IMG/VR virus record: IMGVR_UViG_3300022746_000001
Length of the DNA stretch: 64,000 bases
Strand: one strand, 5' to 3'
DNA from: a virus
Taxonomy: Duplodnaviria > Heunggongvirae > Uroviricota > Caudoviricetes
The notes beneath the pieces are model-generated. The model was not told the origin of the DNA. It saw only the letters and a program-made list of their open reading frames with translations, and made no database searches. Below, in pieces: positions 44,999-55,200 of this stretch (positions are counted from its first letter, which is position 1; the number at the start of each line of letters is the position of its first letter). The position numbers were made by a program, and so were the translations under genes.

Positions 44999-45808
44999 TT
45001 AGCTCAAGTCGCTCAACAGGTCGTCGAGTTCCTCATCCAGCTTTGGAGAGGGAGCTGCTGCTGGCGCTGGAGCGCGCGCGGCAGTCTCAATCACTTCTTC
45101 AGCTTCTTGAGCGATAGTGCGAGGCACATCGGGGTTACGACCAGCGGGAGCTGGCAAGAGACCAGCCACCGAAGCGATTGCGCCGAGAGCTTTACGCTTT
45201 TGCTCGTCGCTTTCCTGATGCACGTACTCATCCAGGTTTGCCAGCTTGCCGTAAACAGCGGCGGGGACTGGGTGCTTCTTGGGGCTGACTTGAACCGAAT
45301 ACTTCGTGTTCAAACCCTTGCCTTCGCGAGTGATCGTGAGAACTTGTGCGCCCTCTGGATCAAAGATGGAGGCAGCCCATTCTTCAACTGCTTCAACCAA
45401 CTGTCCGAAAACAGTAGTACGCACTTCGAGAATTTGGGGAGTGGTCGGGTCTTCCGAGTCGAGAGCCAGCACGTTGAGCAAGAAGCTACGGCCTGCTTTG
45501 GCCTTCTTGAGCAATTCGGTCGTTTCGTCGTCCGAAGAGGCGTGCATTGCACGGTTCAAACTGTCGCAGATCGGGCAAGGTTTGCCGTAGATCGCTTCAT
45601 TACATGGGTACACAGCTTGAATTTCATCCGCTGCGTTCTTGATGTAATGCTGGCCGAAGTCGTGATACCAAACGTGTTCTTCACCCTTGCGCCAGCCTGG
45701 GAGCAGAACATAACGATTAGCGCCAGGAGCGGGCTTGATCGTCTTGTCTTTGGTTTTCAGAGCAGCTTTTTTAGCTTTCATGAGTTCGAGGAGTTTCGAG
45801 GTATCCAT
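44999..45808 (-). CDS. gp32-like single-stranded DNA-binding protein
   Basis: His-X15-Cys-X9-Cys-X2-Cys zinc motif (YPCNEAIYGKPCPICD) like T4 gp32; acidic C-terminal tail DEELDDLLSDLS. Confidence 0.55.
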   Translation of the reverse strand: MDTSKLLELMKAKKAALKTKDKTIKPAPGANRYVLLPGWRKGEEHVWYHDFGQHYIKNAADEIQAVYPCNEAIYGKPCPICDSLNRAMHASSDDETTELLKKAKAGRSFLLNVLALDSEDPTTPQILEVRTTVFGQLVEAVEEWAASIFDPEGAQVLTITREGKGLNTKYSVQVSPKKHPVPAAVYGKLANLDEYVHQESDEQKRKALGAIASVAGLLPAPAGRNPDVPRTIAQEAEEVIETAARAPAPAAAPSPKLDEELDDLLSDLS

Positions 45809-45861
45809 TTGTAGTTTCCTTTGAGGTTGAGGTTAATGCGTCCCGAGAGTTACTTCGCGTC

Positions 45862-45892
45862 TGCATTTTCATTATATGTCAGGAGTGACTTA
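45862..45892 (-). promoter_or_regulatory. palindromic motif AATAAGTCAC-TC-CTGACATATAAT upstream of SSB gene
   Basis: read directly; includes a perfect TATAAT. Confidence 0.5.
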
Positions 45893-45914
45893 TTCAATCG
45901 CCCCGTACACACAA

Positions 45915-46721
45915 TCACTGAATGTTCCCTACGGCCGCTCGTGAAGCGCGGTCTTTTAGAGAACTAATGTTGTCCTTTTCGGCGAGAACACGGGCTGCAC
46001 CCTTGTATTCTTCGCGTCGGTCGGCACCGAGTTGGATCATCATGTCGCGGCGATCAGCCAGGGACGCCACCAACGACTTGTTGATGTTGGCAATGGTGTC
46101 AGCTTCGATGACGGCGTTCTTGGCTTGCAACCACTTGGGGTTCATCTTCACGGCGTTCTCAACCATCTTCTCAGTGGTCTTCTCGCCTGCTGCCGCCAGG
46201 GACTTACGAGCGTCGTCGTACAGCTTGGCCTCCAATACCTCGAACCGAGCCTTCAAACGAGCATGTTGGGCTTCTGCGTTCGCTGCCTGGGCACCGTAGA
46301 AGGCGCGCAGACCGGACTGTTCGATCATGCAGTTGTCCAGCGTGGCTTCGGTCAGCTTGGTTTCTTTGTTGAACTCCACCACGTCAATTGAATACTTTAG
46401 CTTTGCCGCAGCCGACGATTGTGGAACGTCTGCACTAATAGCTTCATCTTCAGCGGGTGCAGCCATGTCAATCTCTGGCTCTGGCTTTGGTTTCGCAATC
46501 GCTTTAGGCTTTTCGACCTTCACAGGTGCTGGCTCTGGCAGAGGCTCAGGTGCTGGCTCGGGTTCGGGTTCAGCGACAGGCTGTGGTTCGGGTTCGGGTG
46601 TAGGTTCCGCAGCTTTGGCTGGTACAGCAGCTTGCACGGGGAAGCTGGCGTTCTCACGCTCTAGCTCATCCATCAATGCGGCAAGCTCTGCGTCTTCTAC
46701 GGAAATCTCTGGGTTTGACAT
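45915..46721 (-). CDS. hypothetical protein with Pro/Glu-rich linker
   Basis: PEPEPQPVAEPEPEPAPEPLPEP repeat region. Confidence 0.5.
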   Translation of the reverse strand: MSNPEISVEDAELAALMDELERENASFPVQAAVPAKAAEPTPEPEPQPVAEPEPEPAPEPLPEPAPVKVEKPKAIAKPKPEPEIDMAAPAEDEAISADVPQSSAAAKLKYSIDVVEFNKETKLTEATLDNCMIEQSGLRAFYGAQAANAEAQHARLKARFEVLEAKLYDDARKSLAAAGEKTTEKMVENAVKMNPKWLQAKNAVIEADTIANINKSLVASLADRRDMMIQLGADRREEYKGAARVLAEKDNISSLKDRASRAAVGNIQ

Positions 46722-46805
46722 GGTTACTCCTTGTGTGTCATAAAACTCTGACGCTTGATATTAGCGTCTGAATCGCGGGGTTGTAAGTCACCTTTGACTT
46801 ATCTT

Positions 46806-49800
46806 TTAAGACAAAATCTCGGCGACTTTTCGGAATGCTTCATCCAAAATCAGTTGCTTGTCTGGGTCAAAGCCAATCTGCTGTGCGTTGAGGCCACAAA
46901 CAATGGTCGCGTCCAGCTTGGGGTCGTAGAACGCCTTACCAGCCACTTCTGCTGCCCCACCCTTCAGTCCTGGAACGAACTTCTTGATGGTTGACGAGCC
47001 AAGCGCCACGATGATCGGTGGCTTAATCAGCTCAATCTCACGGTCGATGTAAGCGGAACAGCCATTGATCTGCTCGTTGGTCAGGAACTTGTCTTGCTTC
47101 TTAGCTTTGACCAGTGTGGTGTAATAGCCTTCAGCTACGTTCAATCCTGCATTCTTGATTGCCAGCTTGACGTACTGAGCGGCGTCACCTTCCAGCAGCT
47201 TGTCTTTCTTCTCTTCTTGCCATGTTGGGCAGTCCGAGACAACCATGAAGCGGACGTTCGTCTTGCAGCGTACTGTTGGGTGAGGTTCGCCAGCTAAAGT
47301 GCAGCCTTCGCATTTCTTGTAATCCTGAACCACCTCGATGATCTTGGTGCGCAAAAAGCCAGCACTGAGGTCAGCCGATCGGTCAGCCTTCACCGTGTCG
47401 ATAATCAGTCCTGGCAGCAGTTCCATCTGCGCTTTGCGGCGACTGAAATGCAGGGGCGACAGCTCAGTCTTGTCGATGCTGGCGTAAGCGCCAATCAGCT
47501 TCAAGTTCTCCACCACCCGAGCGTTGACCTTTGAGCCAGGCTGCGAGGCGGCAAGCTCGAACTCTTGAGGCGTATCGAAACGACCCTTGACTGGGGCTGC
47601 CTCATCCATCTCCCACACGTCCTCGACCGTCCCATCGCGCTTCTTCTTGGTCTTGACGACGCCCCAGCTCCGGTTGCGTTCACGCAGCTCCACAATGCGT
47701 AGCGCGGTATTCTCGGAGACGCCCTTCACGGCAGAGAACGGTGCCAAGATCGTGCTGTTGTTGGGGATGGTATACCGATGTGTGGACAGGTTAATGTCTG
47801 GCGGCATGACTTCAATCTTGTACTCACGCGCGTCCGTCACCAGCCCAGGCAGCTTGTCTTCGGCCACGATCGACATACAGGCAGCGAAGTATTCAGCGGG
47901 GTAGCGGCAGCGAACCCACATCGTCCAGTAGCTGATGATGGAGTATTCAACGGCGTGCGAACGGTTGAAACCGTAGCCAGCGAACGCTTCGATCTTGTCA
48001 AAAATGCCACCAGCGGTGCGCTCGTCCATACCGACGTTCTTCAGACAACCGGCATTCCACTGCTCACGCATTTCAGCCATCTTGTCTTTGTCTTTCTTGC
48101 CCATCGCTTTACGCAAGTGGTCAGCTTCAGCTCGTGTGAAGCCTGCAAGATCAACGGCAACCTGCATGACCTGTTCCTGATAGACGATAACGCCATAGGT
48201 CTGACGCAGCGCTGGCTCCATACTTGGATGGTCGTAGTATGGGGAGCGAATACCTTGCTTAATGGCAACGTAGTCATCCATCAGACCGGAGTCCATTGGG
48301 CCTGGACGGTACAGCGCGGTTGCGGCAGTAATGTCTTCGAAGGTCAATGTGCCACCGACAGCCAAGTCGCGCAGCAGCTTCTTCATGCCTGGCGATTCGA
48401 ACTGAAACACGCCGGTAGTGTCGCCACGACCGAATGATTCCATAATGTCAGCTTCTTCAAGAGGCAGATCGAGGTAGTCAATCTCAACGCCATGACGGTC
48501 ATGGATGTATTGACGCGCAATCTCCAGTACGTCGAGCGTGGACAGACCCAAAATATCCATCTTGACCAAGCCCCAGTCTTCAACCACACGCTTGTCCCAA
48601 GACACTGTGGGCGTCGTATCGTCACCGCGCGTCTCCACAACGGCACGATTGACTAACGGCTCACCAGCGACCACTACGCCGGCAGCGTGTCGTCCAAAGG
48701 CTCGCATAGCACCCTCTAAGTGCAGCGCATGCTTCCAAATCCCTGGGCGCTCGTCTTTGAACTTGTCGATTTCAGGAACAGCTTTCGCTGCTTCTGACAG
48801 CGTGAACGATTGACCATGCTCTTTTGGAACGAGCTTAGTAGCGGTTAGCTCAATGCCATTGAGACCATATACGCGACCAGTGTCACGCAGCGCGGAGGCG
48901 CTCGCTAACGTCGAATAGTTTGAGATTCCTGCGACACGATCTGTACCGTATTTGGCTGACAGGTATTCGATAACCATGTGACGCTTGGAAGACATGAAGT
49001 CCAAGTCAGCGTCTGGCAAGTCAAGACGTTCAGGGTTAATGAAACGCTCGAACAGGAGGTTAAATCGAATCGGGTCAACGTCAGTGATGCCAATTAGGTA
49101 AGCGACCAATGAGCCGCCAACCGAACCGCGACCTGGCCCCACGATGATGCCGTTGTTCTTAGCCCAGACCACCAAGTCTTCCACGAGTAAGAAGTAGCCA
49201 GCGAAGCCCATCTTTTTCAGCACACCCAACTCGTATTGCAGGCGCTCTTGGTAGACCTTTATCTCCGTGCTGTCTGGCTTGTGACCGAGAACTTCGCGAC
49301 CAAAGCGGCGCTTCCATCCTTCGAGACACTTCTTACCGAGCGCCATGAACTCGTTGTCTGCCATCTTGGGCAGAGAGACGGGCAACTTTGAGAAGGTGTA
49401 GGCACATTCATTGACCAGTTCTTCGGCATTCTTTAAGCCCTCAACCCACAGGTTTGGAGCCGACACACCATCGAACGTGGCAATGCGCTTTGATGCGCCC
49501 TTGACGCGATCAACGATGTGCTTGGGTTCGTGAATGGAGAAGTCCTGCACGTATTGAATGGGACGGTACGACACATCCATCTTGCTGCTTGATGTGATAG
49601 CCGCCAGTACCTCAAGACTTTCGGCACAGTTATCGTCACGGTAGAAGATGGGGTATGTGACAAGTGGCAGACCGATGCCAGGCTGGTCATCGAGCAACAG
49701 CATGGCTTTTGCGTTCAGGGTATCGAACAGCGGCGTATTGATTGGCGTTAGCTCGATGTAGGTCTTGAACTTGTCAGCCAGCTTGCGAACGATCTCTGCG

Positions 49801-50261
49801 TGGTTTGCCATGTGAAAGACGTTATACATATCGCCAGTGCTGATCGACACGCCCTCAAGCTCAAGCACGTCCTCTAAGCCGACACGGGCGTGATAGTAGA
49901 AGTAGTCTTTGGAGTAACCCTTTGACAGCAGCTTAATGAGCGAGTGAATGCCAGCGTCATTCTGGACGTAGACCTTCAGCGCGTAACTGGGATTAGGCTT
50001 CTCTACTTCGCCCGAAGCCTTTGATGGTTTGCGGTAGGTTGGGTCTTGATAGACGCGAAGACGGCAGCCGATGATAGGCTTGATGCCTGCTTTCTTGCAG
50101 CGGTTGGTAAAGTCAACCATGCCATGCAGGGACATAGTGTCTACCAAAGCCACAGATTCGTAACCTTTCTCTTTAGCCTCAGAGACAAGGTGTTCAATCT
50201 GTAGCATGGACTCGCCAATACTAAAGTCGCTTCTGGCAGACAATGCGTGATTCAAATACAT
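46806..50261 (-). CDS. dnaE: DNA polymerase III alpha subunit (DnaE-type) with C-terminal degenerate family-4 UDG-like domain
   Basis: PHP domain N-terminus; GIIVGPGRGSVGGSLVAYLIGITDVDPIRFNLLFERFINPER; C-terminal about 190 aa aligns to family-4 UDG (CEGC, FMVVSDCPT, IVALGSS) with catalytic motifs altered. Confidence 0.85.
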   Translation of the reverse strand: MYLNHALSARSDFSIGESMLQIEHLVSEAKEKGYESVALVDTMSLHGMVDFTNRCKKAGIKPIIGCRLRVYQDPTYRKPSKASGEVEKPNPSYALKVYVQNDAGIHSLIKLLSKGYSKDYFYYHARVGLEDVLELEGVSISTGDMYNVFHMANHAEIVRKLADKFKTYIELTPINTPLFDTLNAKAMLLLDDQPGIGLPLVTYPIFYRDDNCAESLEVLAAITSSSKMDVSYRPIQYVQDFSIHEPKHIVDRVKGASKRIATFDGVSAPNLWVEGLKNAEELVNECAYTFSKLPVSLPKMADNEFMALGKKCLEGWKRRFGREVLGHKPDSTEIKVYQERLQYELGVLKKMGFAGYFLLVEDLVVWAKNNGIIVGPGRGSVGGSLVAYLIGITDVDPIRFNLLFERFINPERLDLPDADLDFMSSKRHMVIEYLSAKYGTDRVAGISNYSTLASASALRDTGRVYGLNGIELTATKLVPKEHGQSFTLSEAAKAVPEIDKFKDERPGIWKHALHLEGAMRAFGRHAAGVVVAGEPLVNRAVVETRGDDTTPTVSWDKRVVEDWGLVKMDILGLSTLDVLEIARQYIHDRHGVEIDYLDLPLEEADIMESFGRGDTTGVFQFESPGMKKLLRDLAVGGTLTFEDITAATALYRPGPMDSGLMDDYVAIKQGIRSPYYDHPSMEPALRQTYGVIVYQEQVMQVAVDLAGFTRAEADHLRKAMGKKDKDKMAEMREQWNAGCLKNVGMDERTAGGIFDKIEAFAGYGFNRSHAVEYSIISYWTMWVRCRYPAEYFAACMSIVAEDKLPGLVTDAREYKIEVMPPDINLSTHRYTIPNNSTILAPFSAVKGVSENTALRIVELRERNRSWGVVKTKKKRDGTVEDVWEMDEAAPVKGRFDTPQEFELAASQPGSKVNARVVENLKLIGAYASIDKTELSPLHFSRRKAQMELLPGLIIDTVKADRSADLSAGFLRTKIIEVVQDYKKCEGCTLAGEPHPTVRCKTNVRFMVVSDCPTWQEEKKDKLLEGDAAQYVKLAIKNAGLNVAEGYYTTLVKAKKQDKFLTNEQINGCSAYIDREIELIKPPIIVALGSSTIKKFVPGLKGGAAEVAGKAFYDPKLDATIVCGLNAQQIGFDPDKQLILDEAFRKVAEILS

Positions 50262-50284
50262 TCAATACCCTTCTTTTTTGTTGC

Positions 50285-50977
50285 TTATTCATTGTCTGCG
50301 GTGAGTGTTGGGTTCACAACATACATACCGTCTTTCTCCACGATGATTCCCAACGCGACAAACGCTGGCGTGACAATGATGTAATGCGAGGACGCAGTCC
50401 CCTTCTTCCATGACAGCGCGGTCATGAGCGCCATTTCGAGAGACTTCTTTGTGTAGCCGCCACTGAGCAGCTTCTCGCAGGTGACTGACAAGAAGCAGCG
50501 GCGCGCTTGTGATGCGTAGGGGTTGCGACCGTGTGACAGCTCTGTCTTGATGACTTCAAGCATTCCGTTCTTCGCAAGGCGATGCACTAAGGCGGCTGGC
50601 TTTTGGTTCAGATTGTCGATGATCGCCTGAACGTCAGTGCCGATGGTGAAGACTTGTTTCTCCACAATGGTTGCGCGGCGCTTCACTGGTACAGTGGGCT
50701 TCTTCAGTGAAGGCATGAATTTGATATTAGATGCCTTAGTGTTTTCTTCTGGCTGCGCGGCTTCGATCGTTACCTTGCGGGCGTTCTGATGGCGCTTGAG
50801 CAGATGGGAAATGTCAATGCTTTCACGGAGCGCTTGGAGTGTGTTCAAAGATGCGGCAGAACACGAATCGAAGGCGGGGCACGACTGGCAGATTTGCGAA
50901 TCGTGAGCGAATACGCTTGGTGCGGCGAAACATGCTGGTGCTAATGCGGGTGCGGTCAAACCTTGATACAACTCCAT
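50285..50977 (-). CDS. hypothetical protein
   Basis: ORF track; N-terminal CQSCPAFDSC. Confidence 0.5.
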   Translation of the reverse strand: MELYQGLTAPALAPACFAAPSVFAHDSQICQSCPAFDSCSAASLNTLQALRESIDISHLLKRHQNARKVTIEAAQPEENTKASNIKFMPSLKKPTVPVKRRATIVEKQVFTIGTDVQAIIDNLNQKPAALVHRLAKNGMLEVIKTELSHGRNPYASQARRCFLSVTCEKLLSGGYTKKSLEMALMTALSWKKGTASSHYIIVTPAFVALGIIVEKDGMYVVNPTLTADNE

Positions 50978-50989
50978 TTTTCTTTTTCC

Positions 50990-51643
50990 TTAGAAATGAT
51001 TTTCCATTGTGGTGTTCTCCAACTTACGCAGCTCGGCTAATGCACTGCGAACTTGCGCCTCTGTGACACCGCCCAACATCACGATGAATTGCCCTACATA
51101 GCGTGGCGATACATGGTTCATGAAGCGGCGCTCATAACCGAGACTTTTGGCGTACTGAATGTGCGCTTCGGCTTTTGCTAACTCTTCCAAGAACTCCTTC
51201 GGTGGCTCAATGACCCACTCCATAATCAAGAACGCCAGAGGTGAAAGTTGTTCACGAATCTGAGCCACGAACTCGCTACAGGCGTAGATTGCTTCAGGTG
51301 TCGCGTTGTCCTTCATCAGCACTTCTTCGAGATTGAAGTCTTCGCCGTTGGACTTGTTGTTCATCTCCTCGATGCTGACAACGCCATAGCGAAGACGCTC
51401 GTCAATCATCTTTTGCGCCCAAGAGTTAATCTTGTTGAAGGCAGCCATGTAGTAGTAAGTCGTGAATCGGTTGCCCAAACTCGCGTCGAACCCCTCGTAT
51501 GCCTTCAGGAAGACGAGAGACATTTCTTGGAACACATCGTCATAGTCCAAACCAATGCCTGCCGCCTGAAGTCGAGCGTAGCCCTTCTTCGAGACGGCGT
51601 GGACAAGACCTTTGTTCTCCTTGTAGAACTGGTCTACGTTCAT
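50990..51643 (-). CDS. sigma-70 family (ECF-like) RNA polymerase sigma factor
   Basis: region 2 DDVFQEMSLVFLKAYEGFDASLGNRFTTYYYMAAFNKI; C-terminal HTH VMLGGVTEAQVRSAL. Confidence 0.65.
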   Translation of the reverse strand: MNVDQFYKENKGLVHAVSKKGYARLQAAGIGLDYDDVFQEMSLVFLKAYEGFDASLGNRFTTYYYMAAFNKINSWAQKMIDERLRYGVVSIEEMNNKSNGEDFNLEEVLMKDNATPEAIYACSEFVAQIREQLSPLAFLIMEWVIEPPKEFLEELAKAEAHIQYAKSLGYERRFMNHVSPRYVGQFIVMLGGVTEAQVRSALAELRKLENTTMENHF

Positions 51644-51645
51644 GA

Positions 51646-52836
51646 TTAGCTTCCGAAGATGCGTTGAGCCAAGCCGTCTACAACTTCGCGGTCGATCTTG
51701 GACAACTTGTTGATGAACGACAGAGTCAAGCCCTGACGGAACGAACCGCGCTTGACGCCAATCTTGGCTGCGTAGATCAAAGTACGAGGCGAAATCACAT
51801 CGCTGATCTTTGCGCCGTCATACGCATCACGGACGAGACCTGCGAAGTCCACCAGCTTGTCGGCATCTTCTTTGGTCAAGCCAACTTGATTCTGGAGAAT
51901 CTGCGACTCGGAAGCCTTCTTCATGTACTGCTTGTGGATCACCATGCCGAAGCGGTCATAGTTCGCAGAGTTCTGAAGGTTTGTGCCTTGATACAGACCC
52001 GTCTCGTCGCCCGAACCGTTGGTGTTGCCAGTAGCGCAGAAGCGGAAGTTCGGGTGAGGCTTGATAAGACGATTCTCAGCATCGGCTTCTTTAATCATCA
52101 GTGACTTACCTTCGAGGACAGCCTGATAGACCGATAAGACAGAAGGCAACGCGAAGTCGTATTCGTCAGCGACATACATCCAACCATTTTGCATAGCGAG
52201 TGGAAGTGGGCCAAGTTCGAAGACGGTTTGACCGCCCTTCACCGTCCACTGCCCAACGATGTGTGATTCTTCCGTGTTGACTGTGTGCTGGACGCGAATC
52301 GTGGGTCGGTTAGTACGCGCGCCGATTTGTTCATACAGCTCAGTCTTGCCAGAACCTTTGTGACCCCACACGTAAGACGGAATGTTCAACTCAAGTGCCA
52401 GGATGACGTTTTTCAATTCGTCAATGTCGTACACGTAGTTGTCCGAAGGTGTCGGAACCATGTCGCTGAACTCGCCAGCGGCAAGTACGGAAATTGGAAT
52501 GGCTTCGCCCTTAGAACTCAATGCAGACTTGAGTTTGCCGAGATTGAAGGTTTCGTGAAATGCTTTTTTCATCACACCATTTCGGGGAGCAAGAGCGGCC
52601 ACATTCGTGCCAGCCATCTCCACTTTGGTGGTTGCTGCCGCTGCGGGTGCTGCGGTAGGATTTGTCGCGGCATGTTCCGCGATCTTCTTCTGCGCCAGTT
52701 GAGACAGCAGAGGTGCGTCTGGATAATCCATCGCATACTGCTCAACAGTCATTTCTGGGTGTGCATCCTTCAAGTGCAACTTGATGGCGTGAACATGCGC
52801 TCCACAGATGGCACATGCGATCTTTTCGTCTGACAT
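51646..52836 (-). CDS. cobS: CobS-like AAA+ ATPase (MoxR family)
   Basis: Walker A VWGHKGSGKTE; paired with downstream vWA protein as in phage CobS/CobT pairs. Confidence 0.7.
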   Translation of the reverse strand: MSDEKIACAICGAHVHAIKLHLKDAHPEMTVEQYAMDYPDAPLLSQLAQKKIAEHAATNPTAAPAAAATTKVEMAGTNVAALAPRNGVMKKAFHETFNLGKLKSALSSKGEAIPISVLAAGEFSDMVPTPSDNYVYDIDELKNVILALELNIPSYVWGHKGSGKTELYEQIGARTNRPTIRVQHTVNTEESHIVGQWTVKGGQTVFELGPLPLAMQNGWMYVADEYDFALPSVLSVYQAVLEGKSLMIKEADAENRLIKPHPNFRFCATGNTNGSGDETGLYQGTNLQNSANYDRFGMVIHKQYMKKASESQILQNQVGLTKEDADKLVDFAGLVRDAYDGAKISDVISPRTLIYAAKIGVKRGSFRQGLTLSFINKLSKIDREVVDGLAQRIFGS

Positions 52837-52911
52837 AGGTCTCTCCTTAAAACGTCAAAATTGACAAAACTAAATTTCTCGAACAGTTCAAATGTTAATA
52901 CCTAAATTGCG

Positions 52912-52945
52912 GGGATGCAAGTCACTTGTGACTTACCCTGCAACA
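52912..52945 (-). promoter_or_regulatory. palindromic motif GTAAGTCAC-AA-GTGACTTGCAT upstream of CobS-like gene
   Basis: read directly. Confidence 0.5.
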
Positions 52946-52953
52946 TTGCCAAG

Positions 52954-55089
52954 TTACGCTGCAAGCAAAAGCTGGCGCAACTCTTTAATCACAACGCTTG
53001 GCAACTGCTCCACGTTGTTCAACACAAGACTCTTTGGATAGAACTCGCGAACGGCCTCCGATTGAATGCCGATGCCGATGATCTTTACGCCTGAGTTGGC
53101 AATGTCACGCACCTTCTCGCGCAAGTGGCGACGCAGGTCGGCAGAGTTGCCGGCAGCCGCTGGATAACCGTCCGACAGCACCAGCATGATCTTGCCCTCT
53201 TCGCGACGCGCCATTAGACGACGAGCGGCCACCTCGATAGATTCGCCATCGACGTTACTGCGAAGGATGTTTGTGTTGGGAAGCCAACCGAAGCGCTCCT
53301 TCACGTCTGTAGTCATGCGTTCCTCGTAACCCTTGAGAATCGGCATGTAGATGCCTTCCATACGAGAGAAGCCACGACCCATCTTGCTCTGCTGCTCACG
53401 CATATCCTTCTGAGCGCCGCCAATGTCCTTCGTGGTGAAACAGATTACTTCATTCTTAATGCTCAAACGCTCCAACACGGCTGCCAGCGCATACGCAGCC
53501 TGACAAGCGGTGTGAACCTTCTCACCAGCCATCGAGCCAGAGGCGTCAACGACGAGTTCGACTGCCACATCCTTGCTGGTTGATTCCTGCTTGCGGCTAA
53601 AGACACGGTTATCGTTCACTGCCAGGCGAGACAGGTTTGGTGCGTGGAGACGACCGGAGCGGTGTCCGTGTGATCGGGTGGCGAGAGAACGTGCAGCGAT
53701 GGCGCGCTCAAGGTCTTTCTGCAATGGCGCGACCATGTGTTCCGTCTTCTCTATCAGCTTCTTGGTCATGGCTGCGTTGTAGCCGGAGCCGATTGGTAGC
53801 TTCTCCACAACGTCATAATCTTTCGTGAAGATCAGGTAATCGGCATTCTCCGCAACCGCGCTGGTGGCGTCGCTGATGACTTTGCTCATAGCTTCGTCGT
53901 AGCCGTTAGCACTCTCCTTGTCGAGCGCTTCCCATACTGGCGCAGAGTCGCCAAGCTCAACATCTTCTTCGTCTGAGGCGGTCGCACTTGGGGACGATTC
54001 GTCATCTACAGGGTCGGGTTCAGAAGGCTCCTCTTCCTCTTGCTCTGCGATCTCAGGCTCTGGCTCCGATTCGTCTTCTGATTCTTCAGGTGCTGGCTCT
54101 GGCTCTGATTCGTCTTCAGATTCTTTTTCTTCTGGCTCTTTCTCAGGTTCAGACTTCTCAGGCTTGGACTCTTTTTCTTTCTCGTCTTCTTTCTCGCCAG
54201 GCGCCTCTTCTTCTTTTTCTTCTTTCTCTTTTTCGCCCTTGCCCTTGCCTTTACCCTTTGAAGGAGTCTTTTCTTCTTCGCTTTTTTCTTCTGGCTCTTT
54301 CTCAGGTTTGGTCTTGCCGCTGCCAGAAGACTTGTCTTTTTTGCCAGAGGTTGTCTTGGTGCCGATACCGCCCGACTTGCTAGAACCACCCTTCTCGCTC
54401 TTCTCCTCACCCTTGTCGCCACCTGACGAGCCTTCGCTCATGCGCTTACCAATCTCGGCAGCCAGCTCAAAACATTCTTCGGTAGAGGCGGCAGCTTCGA
54501 TCTTCGGGGCCAAGTCTTTAATGCGTTCATACACAGGGGCGACCGTTGTCCAGTGGTCTTTCATGAACTCTTGGAAGACCATCTGACCCGACATAGCGCG
54601 AATCATTGGAACCATTAGCGATTCGATAACGCCGTTCACGTCACCGGCAGCAGCTTTCTCTTGCAAGCGTGGCTTGACGAACTTGTCCAGGTAGAACTGT
54701 CCAGTAACAGACAGGTTGTGCGCAGAGCCTTGAAAGCGCTTTGCCATGCACTTCTCGATGCGAGGGTCTTCAAGTGCATTAAGCAAGTAACCGATGCGCT
54801 TACCTTGCGCCATCGCCTTGCTCATGACGGTGAACTCGGTAAAGAGGATGTGAGCAACCTCGTGATCCAAGAAGCCTTGAATGGCGTTGCACAGGTCTTC
54901 ACCAGCGTTGTCTGGCAGATATGGCAAGTTGACAACCAGCGGCACACCGCGATGGTCGGCACGAACGTATGCGCTAACACCCTGTTGGGTGACTTTGATG
55001 CCCTTACCGGAGAGCATCTGTGTGATCTTCACGACGGACTCGCGAAGGATAAAAACTCGATCATTCTTCATTGTCGCTCCTTTAGTCAT
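52954..55089 (-). CDS. cobT: CobT-like von Willebrand factor A domain protein with long acidic/Lys-rich low-complexity region
   Basis: vWA MIDAS DASGSMAG; long low-complexity stretch KGKGKGEKEKEEKEEEAPGEKEDEKEKESKPEKSEPEKEPEEKESEDESEPEPAPEE. Confidence 0.7.
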   Translation of the reverse strand: MTKGATMKNDRVFILRESVVKITQMLSGKGIKVTQQGVSAYVRADHRGVPLVVNLPYLPDNAGEDLCNAIQGFLDHEVAHILFTEFTVMSKAMAQGKRIGYLLNALEDPRIEKCMAKRFQGSAHNLSVTGQFYLDKFVKPRLQEKAAAGDVNGVIESLMVPMIRAMSGQMVFQEFMKDHWTTVAPVYERIKDLAPKIEAAASTEECFELAAEIGKRMSEGSSGGDKGEEKSEKGGSSKSGGIGTKTTSGKKDKSSGSGKTKPEKEPEEKSEEEKTPSKGKGKGKGEKEKEEKEEEAPGEKEDEKEKESKPEKSEPEKEPEEKESEDESEPEPAPEESEDESEPEPEIAEQEEEEPSEPDPVDDESSPSATASDEEDVELGDSAPVWEALDKESANGYDEAMSKVISDATSAVAENADYLIFTKDYDVVEKLPIGSGYNAAMTKKLIEKTEHMVAPLQKDLERAIAARSLATRSHGHRSGRLHAPNLSRLAVNDNRVFSRKQESTSKDVAVELVVDASGSMAGEKVHTACQAAYALAAVLERLSIKNEVICFTTKDIGGAQKDMREQQSKMGRGFSRMEGIYMPILKGYEERMTTDVKERFGWLPNTNILRSNVDGESIEVAARRLMARREEGKIMLVLSDGYPAAAGNSADLRRHLREKVRDIANSGVKIIGIGIQSEAVREFYPKSLVLNNVEQLPSVVIKELRQLLLAA

Positions 55090-55171
55090 TAGTGACTGAC
55101 AGACGTAATGTAAGCAATGACTTCAGGAGGTGCAATGCTATTGACGAAATCCCCTGAGACGTTCCCAAGGT

Positions 55172-55195
55172 AAGAAAAAGGGGCCGAAGCCCCTT
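55172..55195 (-). terminator. rho-independent terminator
   Basis: AAGGGGC-CGAA-GCCCCTT then TTTCTTACC on minus strand. Confidence 0.5.
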
Positions 55196-55200
55196 GATAG

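Noticed and set aside
53918-54586. 222-aa Ser-rich plus-strand ORF
   Set aside because: Antisense of the acidic/Lys-rich low-complexity region of the CobT-like gene; low-complexity artefact.
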